NCBI GenBank assembly: GCA_040377305.1
Contig: JBEIPA010000022.1
Coordinates: forward strand, 1 to 64,000
DNA length: 64,000 nucleotides
From: Flavobacteriales bacterium
GTDB lineage: Bacteria; Bacteroidota; Bacteroidia; Palsa-965
Reading direction: 5' to 3'
Of the stretch, positions 57,569 to 64,000 are shown in pieces. The notes under the pieces are model-generated. The model searched no databases. It saw nothing but the letters and a program-made list of their open reading frames with translations, and was not told the origin of the DNA. Each line of letters begins with the position of its first letter. The first letter of the stretch is position 1. The position numbers and the translations under genes are program-made.

Positions 57569-58783
57569 ATGAATCTCCACGAATATCAAGGCAAAGAAAT
57601 CCTCAAAGGATTTGGTGTTGCCATCCAGGAAGGAATTGTTGCCGACACTCCTGAAAAAGCAGTCGCAGCAGCTCAGGAATTGACGAAGACAACCGGCACC
57701 AGCTGGTGGGTCGTAAAGTCGCAGATACACGCAGGTGGTCGCGGTAAAGGAAAAATCGTAGGAACCGAACAGCGTGGTGTACAGCTGGCGAAAAGCCTCG
57801 ATGATGTGAAGAGCATCTCGAAGAATATCCTTGGCGGAACACTCGTAACGCTACAGACCGGAGAAAAAGGAAAAGTGGTAAACAAAGTCCTCATTGCGCA
57901 GGACGTTTACTATCCGGGAGCTGAAGAGCATAAAGAATTTTACATGAGCGTTCTGCTCGATCGTGCAAAAGGCCGCAACGTAATTGTTTACTCTACCGAA
58001 GGCGGAATGAACATTGAAGAAGTGGCTGAACACACGCCGCACCTTATTCACCGCGAAGAAATTGATCCGAGAGTTGGATTGAGAGATTTCCAGGCACGTA
58101 AGATTGCATTCAATCTCGGACTCGCAGGAGAATCTTTCAAGAGTATGATTTCTTTTGTGAAGTCGCTTTACAAAGCTTACGAGTCGATTGATGCGAGCCT
58201 ATTCGAAATCAATCCGCTTTTCAAGACTTCCGATGGCAAAATCATCGCGGTTGATGCAAAAGTTTCTGTTGACGGAAACGGATTGATTCGCCACAAGGAC
58301 ATTGCAGAATTGCGCGACACTACGGAAGAAGATCCTACAGAAGTGGAAGCAGGTTCGCACGGACTTAACTATGTGAAGCTCGACGGAAACGTTGGCTGCA
58401 TGGTAAACGGAGCAGGACTTGCAATGGCAACAATGGATATCATCAAGCTTTCGGGCGGTGAGCCGGCAAACTTCCTCGACGTAGGTGGTACGGCAAATGC
58501 AGCACGCGTAGAGCAGGCTTTCCGAATCATCCTTCGTGATGAAAAAGTGAAAGCTATTCTCGTGAACATCTTCGGCGGAATTGTTCGTTGCGATCGTGTT
58601 GCACAAGGAATTGTAGACGCATACAAGAACATCGGCGACATCAAAGTTCCGATCATTGTTCGTCTGCAGGGTACCAACGCTGTTGAAGCGAAGAAGATCA
58701 TTGTTGACTCAGGACTGAAAGTTTTCTCTGCGATTGAGTTGCAGGAAGCTGCTGATCTGGTGAAGAAAGTGGTTCAGGGATAG
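57569..58783 (+). CDS. sucC: Succinate--CoA ligase beta subunit
   Basis: MNLHEYQGK, QIHAGGRGK, GCMVNGAGLAMATMD, PANFLDVGG, NIFGGIVRCD. Start ATG 57569. Confidence 0.98.
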   Translation: MNLHEYQGKEILKGFGVAIQEGIVADTPEKAVAAAQELTKTTGTSWWVVKSQIHAGGRGKGKIVGTEQRGVQLAKSLDDVKSISKNILGGTLVTLQTGEKGKVVNKVLIAQDVYYPGAEEHKEFYMSVLLDRAKGRNVIVYSTEGGMNIEEVAEHTPHLIHREEIDPRVGLRDFQARKIAFNLGLAGESFKSMISFVKSLYKAYESIDASLFEINPLFKTSDGKIIAVDAKVSVDGNGLIRHKDIAELRDTTEEDPTEVEAGSHGLNYVKLDGNVGCMVNGAGLAMATMDIIKLSGGEPANFLDVGGTANAARVEQAFRIILRDEKVKAILVNIFGGIVRCDRVAQGIVDAYKNIGDIKVPIIVRLQGTNAVEAKKIIVDSGLKVFSAIELQEAADLVKKVVQG

Positions 58784-58810
58784 TCATACTTCGACTCCGC
58801 TCAGTATGAC
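58783..58810. repeat. REP-like hairpin overlapping the sucC stop codon
   Basis: GTCATACT-TCGACTCCGCTC-AGTATGAC; related to the CTGAG...GTCGAAG motif at 9383-9409. Confidence 0.6.
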
Positions 58811-58838
58811 AATTATCTGAGTAGAAATTCAAGAATTC

Positions 58839-58873
58839 AAAAAGGTCCGGGGTGAGAGCTTCGGACCTTTTTT
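58839..58873 (+). terminator. sucC terminator
   Basis: AAAAAGGTCCG...CGGACCTTTTTT. Confidence 0.8.
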
Positions 58874-58944
58874 GTTGAGATCAGTTTAACATTATGTTGA
58901 TGAAATTACTTGACTTAGATTTCAATTTGAATTACCTTTCATAT

Positions 58945-59874
58945 ATGAAGAAGGCGATGTTTATTGTGGTTGTGTTATTAGCAGTGCAGGCGAGTGCTCA
59001 GATGAATTTGGTGCCGAATCCGAGCTTTGAGGATACTGTAGCATGTCCTGTAGCGCCTGAAAATATTATTGATGCTACCTTCTATTATTCTGCATCGGGC
59101 TCTCCGGACTACTTCAATTCGTGTTGTTCGTACTATATGGGTGTCCCCAATAATTTTGCGGGAATTCAATTTGCAGCTCAAGGTAATGGCTATGTAGGAC
59201 TTGCTACATATTCTGCTGTGTCGGCACCAGGTTATAGAGAAATTATTGGCGTTAGGCTTTCCCAGTCTTTGACGGTGGGTGTCAGGTATTATGTCTCTAT
59301 GGTAGTTTCAAGAGCAGATACTGCTGGAAATAACTGCGCTACAAATAATTTAGGTTTTCGATTCTCTACGGTGGAACATAATGCTATAAATCTCAATCCT
59401 GTTCCCATTGACAATATGGCTCATGTTAATTACCCGGCGATCATATTCAATAATGTTACTTGGCATCAAATTACTGGAAGTTTCATGGCAGACTCCACCT
59501 ATGATTATCTGATGGTAGGTAATTTTTTTAATGATTTTAATACGGATACAGCACAGTGCGCTGACATTGGATATTATTTTGTTGATCTGTTATGTGTGTC
59601 TACTGATTCATTAATGTGCGATGATCCTACTGGAGTTTCTGAACATCATAATATGCCATTTTCAGTTTTCCCGAATCCTGCAGACTCTTACATCGAAATA
59701 ATGAATATTAAAGAGATGACTCGTTATCAGCTGATAGACGTATTTGGTCAATCTATTGAATCTGGTCAGTTAACGCCAGGTGAGAATCAAATTAATACTA
59801 CCAGACTTTCTACTGGGATGTATTTATTATTTATTGAAAATCAGATTCCGCTCCGAATTATAATTAGTCGTTAA
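58945..59874 (+). CDS. T9SS type A cargo with N-terminal NLVPNPSFE jelly-roll-like domain
   Basis: Signal peptide ASA|Q; SPDYFNSC, YREIIG, YLMVGNF; VFPNPADS...GMYLL CTD. Start ATG 58945. Confidence 0.8.
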   Translation: MKKAMFIVVVLLAVQASAQMNLVPNPSFEDTVACPVAPENIIDATFYYSASGSPDYFNSCCSYYMGVPNNFAGIQFAAQGNGYVGLATYSAVSAPGYREIIGVRLSQSLTVGVRYYVSMVVSRADTAGNNCATNNLGFRFSTVEHNAINLNPVPIDNMAHVNYPAIIFNNVTWHQITGSFMADSTYDYLMVGNFFNDFNTDTAQCADIGYYFVDLLCVSTDSLMCDDPTGVSEHHNMPFSVFPNPADSYIEIMNIKEMTRYQLIDVFGQSIESGQLTPGENQINTTRLSTGMYLLFIENQIPLRIIISR

Positions 59875-59890
59875 CCTAAAACAAACCCTC

Positions 59891-62104
59891 ATGAAAACAA
59901 TCCCATGGATATTTACAACAATTTCACTCTGCGTGTTTAATTTATCGCTTTGGGCTCAATCAACTGTTACCGGTCCAGTGGTTGGTCACATTGGCGTTGC
60001 GGCCGCAGTTGATTGGTGCGGCTGGAATGCCGCGACACCTATCCCATTTAACCTCGAACACCGTGGCACACAAAACATCAATTTTCTCACTGGTGGTGTT
60101 CAGCGTATGACAATTCGGGGAACAGCCGCAGGGGCTACTACTGGTTTTGTGGGTATCGGAACCGGATTTGCAAACCCCCAATCGTTACTTCACCTTCATC
60201 AACCTCTTGGGAATAACGTGTTTCTTAGGTTTTCAAATGCAGGAACTGGAGCAACGAACCTTGACGGTTTTGTGGTGGGAATGCTCAACGGGACGGTTAA
60301 TGGTGACGCCGCACTTATTCAATATGAGCCGAACCCATTGCGACTTTTTCAGGCGGATATCAATATTGCTGCTCTCGCAGCACCGGAGAAAATGCAATTG
60401 ACTTATGGCGGACAGATGGGTGGCGGCACAGCAGATGGTTTGAGAATTTTTAATCCGGGTTATCCTAATTCATTTGCCAACTCGTCGATTAATTCCATTG
60501 ATATCTTTTGCGGAATTAATAATAGTACCCACATCCGGTTAGATAACAGTGGGAATTTGGATACTGAGCAGAATCTTTTTAAGCAATCCGCTTGAATCAA
60601 TGGATTCTGGTTTAATGCTGCGCCAACAGCGACACATTATGCCAATGGTATTCGGGCACGTTATGTTTTTAATATCGACAGCGTTGAAGTAATGCGAATT
60701 GGAAGTGCGATTGGAATGGGTGCTAATGTTCCACCAGGCCCGAACTCATGGAATGTGAATGAAGGGTTCGTTCGTATTGGCGAGCAGCCCAATACGGCGT
60801 TGCCAGTAAACGCAGGTAACCGGTTAGAAATCGATGCATTTCCAAATACTACGTTTGCAACGCCTAATGCGAGTTGTGCAGGAAGCACTGGATTTAGCGG
60901 GCTACGATTGACAGATCTAACTTCTGCGTCCGTTCCATGTGCGAATCCCCCGACGACAAACGTCTTGAGTGTTGATGGTAACGGGGATGTAATTTTAATT
61001 CCAAATGGCTCTTTAGGTTTTGGAGGTGCGTGCGCTAATGTTAACACGATGACTCAGGATTTTGAAATTCCTATGGGCAACTTTAATTACATTTTCTCAG
61101 GGCAGAGTACAAGCAACAAGTCTCGAGTAGGGATTGGGCTTGCAGGAGGTAATTGTCAACCTGCCGCAAAGCTCGAAGTATTGATGAGCGCACCCCAGTC
61201 AACTACAATTGCAATTTTAACAACGAATACTAATACTGATGGAATTGCAATTAAGGCGATCAGCAACGGGACTGCATCAGCCCAGAACACCAAGGTGGCA
61301 GGATGGTTTGAATCTTCTGCAGGTGCAGGTTTACAACAGACAGCAATTTTTGTGCCTCAAGGTGGTGGTGCTGTTCAAATTGGATTTACCTATCCTACAG
61401 GAAGTGCTTACCTAATGGATGTGAATGGTTCTCTCAATGCGCTTGTCTATGGTCCTTCTGATGGGCGCTTCAAGGAGAACGTGGTAAATCTCACCAATGG
61501 AAGTGACTACATCAGTCGACTGCGTCCAGTTAGTTATGACTGGATTGACTCTTTAGTGACGGATTCTATGATGGAAGGCACTCAATATGGCTTTATTGCT
61601 CAGGAAGTTGACACCGTACTACCAGCAGTAGTGCGAACAAACGTCAATGGAAGAATGTCGATCGCTTATGATCAGATAATACCGGTATTAGTTCTTGCCT
61701 GGCAGGAAGAACATAGAAGAAATGATAGTTTAGCTTTACAGCTAGACTCACTAATAAATGTTGTGTCTGGTTGTTGCAGTAGTAATGCGCGTCAGTCAAA
61801 TCCCGCGGAAAGTCAACAAGACGTAACGCTCACGAATTCCCATTCAATCGTCCTTCAGCAAAACGTTCCAAATCCATTCGCAGAACAAACAACCATTTCG
61901 TTCTTGCTTCCGGAATCAGTTGTAAAAGCACAAATGTTGTTCTACGATGCGCAAGGCAAGCTCATCAAAGCTGTTGATTTGGAAGGTCGCGGTGCTGGAC
62001 AACTGAATGTATTTGCAGATGATCTCAGCAACGGAGTTTATTCGTATGCGTTGGTTGCAGATGGGCAAGTGATTGACACGAAGCAGATGGTGAAAACGAA
62101 ATAG
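59891..62104 (+). pseudogene. Tail-fibre-like T9SS cargo (Peptidase_S74 chaperone + CTD) interrupted by one in-frame TGA at 60593-60595
   Basis: ORFs 59891-60595 and 60692-62104 are in the same frame with no other stop between them; SDGRFKENV...LRPVSYDW...YGFIAQEV; QNVPNPF...GVYSYAL...TKQMVKTK. Confidence 0.8.
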
Positions 62105-62251
62105 ATCATTCGAAAAATTGAAGATTCGAATTCGAAGGACCTTGGGAGATCAAACTTTCAAGGTCTTTTCATTTTATTTAATAATCTTTGATTCGTAAAC
62201 GATTTTCGATTGAGAACATTGCAATCGAAAATTGAAAACCGTAATTCATAC

Positions 62252-62899
62252 ATGCTCAACCGCCTCAAACCTGTAACTCTTTCAAAGCTCAAATCTGCTT
62301 CCCACGAACAGAAAGTAAGGAAGGGTGACATGCTTTTTCCTGAAGGAAAGAATCCGCAGAACGTTTACTTCGTAATAAACGGTAAACTGAAACTGTACAC
62401 CACTGATCACCAGGGACGTGAGCAGATTGTCCATCTTGCATCGGACGGCGATATTATGGGCTACCGTGCCGTTCTGGGTGGCGATTCGTTTTCCTGCAGT
62501 TGTTCCGCACTGGAAGATTCTATCGTGCTCAGCGTTCCGAAAGAAACCTTTCTGAATGTCCTCGATATTGATCCTGAGTTTTCATTCGCTGTAATTCGCT
62601 TGCTCACACAAGAGCTTCGCGATGCAGAACATCATCTCGCCGGACTTGCCCGTAAAACTGTGCGTTCACGAATGGCAGAAGTGCTACTGATTCTCGCCGA
62701 CAAGTTTGGTTACCAACCCGATGGGAAATCACTTTCCGTTTCGTTGACCCGCGAAGAAATTGCCGGACTTGTAGGAACTGCCACTGAAACAGCCATTCGT
62801 ATTCTACACAGTTTGCAGGACGAAGGTTTGCTAGAAACCAATGCCAAGAAAATCACTTTACTTAAGAAAGACGAGCTGCGAATAATTGCTGGAGCGTAA
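62252..62899 (+). CDS. Crp/Fnr-family transcriptional regulator
   Basis: cNMP-binding barrel (LFPEG, GKLKLY, GREQIV, GDIMGY) and HTH LTREEIAGLVGTATETAIRIL; start could be TTG 62210. Confidence 0.93.
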   Translation: MLNRLKPVTLSKLKSASHEQKVRKGDMLFPEGKNPQNVYFVINGKLKLYTTDHQGREQIVHLASDGDIMGYRAVLGGDSFSCSCSALEDSIVLSVPKETFLNVLDIDPEFSFAVIRLLTQELRDAEHHLAGLARKTVRSRMAEVLLILADKFGYQPDGKSLSVSLTREEIAGLVGTATETAIRILHSLQDEGLLETNAKKITLLKKDELRIIAGA

Positions 62900-63013
62900 T
62901 TGTCTGATCAATTTTATAATTGGCCGGACAAAACCAGTCAATCTTCCACTAATCGTGAAACTATTCGATTAGTTGTACTGACATTCGATACAACAGCAGT
63001 TATTTTTGTAAGG

Positions 63014-64000
63014 ATGAACAAATTATACACTGCTTTCATTGTATTCATGTTCTTCGCAACAACTCAGATGTTCGCGCAGCAACCTGTTAACGGGTATGCA
63101 CGTGTGTCATCAATCGCAGGGAACACACTCACAGTAGTCAATTGCGCTGAAGCATTCGACTCGTTTGAGGATGGAGAATATGTGATCGTGATGCAAATGC
63201 AAGACAATATTCTTGGCAATACGACTACAACTTCCAGCAGTTTTGGTGATATGACTGCAACGCCGCTTTCAGCAGGATTGTATGAAGTAGCAATAATTTC
63301 ATCACACACGGAGAACGCAGGATTTGTGCCGCTTACAATTACACTTCAGTCGGCATTAGCACACACCTACAACACCGGAGCGAATTCCCGGGTACAGGTA
63401 ATTTCATATCCAGTTCTGGGATCACCGAATTACACGAGTCCGGCAGGAGGAATTGTTGCTACACCCTGGGATGGAAACAGAGGTGGCGTAGTTGCATTCT
63501 GGGTTCAGGGAACACTCACATTAGGTGGAAACATAACAGCCGATGCTGTTGGTTTTCGTGGCGGAGTAAAGAATACACCAAATGGATACTCAGCTTGCGA
63601 GGGTACTACCTACGCAACAACTACGGCTACTCGCTATGCGGGTAAAGGAGAAAGTATTTACCTGAACACAACAGCAGCTTACACTGGTGCGCGCGGGAAG
63701 ATTCTCAACGGCGGTGGTGGTGGTAACGATGTAAATGCAGGCGGCGGCGGCGGTGGTAATTATTCTTCCGGCGGTAATGGTGGAATCGGATGGACTCCTG
63801 CCGGAACCGGATGTTCACCCGGTGTTGGTGGCTTAGGCGGACTTACATTACAACCATACATTTCAGGTGCTCGCTTGTTCATGGGCGGTGGCGGCGGTGG
63901 CGGTCACGAGAATGATGGGGTGGGAAGCATTGGTGCAAATGGAGGAGGTATTATTCTGTTACGAGCAAATACAATTACCACAGTAGGTTCATGTGCGCTT
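63014..64000 (+). CDS. Secreted glycine-rich protein, partial (runs off the window end)
   Basis: Hand translation MNKLYTAFIVFMFFATTQMFA|QQPVNGYARV...VIVMQMQ...WDGNRGGVVAF...GFRGG...NAGGGGGGN; no stop seen before 64000. Confidence 0.8.
   Translation, partial: MNKLYTAFIVFMFFATTQMFAQQPVNGYARVSSIAGNTLTVVNCAEAFDSFEDGEYVIVMQMQDNILGNTTTTSSSFGDMTATPLSAGLYEVAIISSHTENAGFVPLTITLQSALAHTYNTGANSRVQVISYPVLGSPNYTSPAGGIVATPWDGNRGGVVAFWVQGTLTLGGNITADAVGFRGGVKNTPNGYSACEGTTYATTTATRYAGKGESIYLNTTAAYTGARGKILNGGGGGNDVNAGGGGGGNYSSGGNGGIGWTPAGTGCSPGVGGLGGLTLQPYISGARLFMGGGGGGGHENDGVGSIGANGGGIILLRANTITTVGSCAL

Noticed and set aside
57569-58783. sucC without sucD, and oppABC without ATPase genes
   Set aside because: Split operons of this kind are ordinary in Bacteroidota; the partners are probably elsewhere.
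60593-60595. Genome-wide TGA recoding (genetic code 4 or 25)
   Set aside because: Other genes end in TGA normally and Trp is encoded by TGG throughout; only one gene is affected.
59891-62104. Prophage, based on the tail-fibre S74 domain
   Set aside because: The gene has a signal peptide and a T9SS CTD, and no capsid, terminase or integrase genes are nearby.

Overview
Chromosomal window from a Bacteroidota bacterium. The evidence is TAnnTTTG -7 promoter boxes, signal peptides followed by Gln, many type IX secretion (T9SS) C-terminal domains, a PorP/SprF gene and a GldK-like paralog. Housekeeping genes (recR, oppABC, tRNA-Ser(GCT), ssb, phrB, clpB, rpsA, sucC) are interleaved with many secreted or surface proteins. 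These include two CotH kinases, a 1490-aa repeat-propeller protein with dockerin/cohesin-like modules, two tandem 639-aa paralogs and an S74 tail-fibre-like gene split by one in-frame TGA. A 14-blade propeller/PP2C sensor is also present. I found no integrase, transposase, CRISPR array or prophage. Main unexplained signals: (1) a ~195-bp rod-shaped palindromic element present twice, 39 kb apart and inverted, with a compensatory base change; (2) a 4.5-kb surface-protein gene flanked by two alleles of the 3' end of an MBL-hydrolase gene; (3) a mini-palindrome inserted in frame in one blade of the sensor, whose near-identical blades vary mainly at two fixed sites; (4) a pair of homologous 50-66 aa microproteins after clpB, one absent from the ORF track; (5) many REP-like and short-period inverted repeats in intergenic gaps. 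All family calls come from motif recognition by eye; no database search was run.
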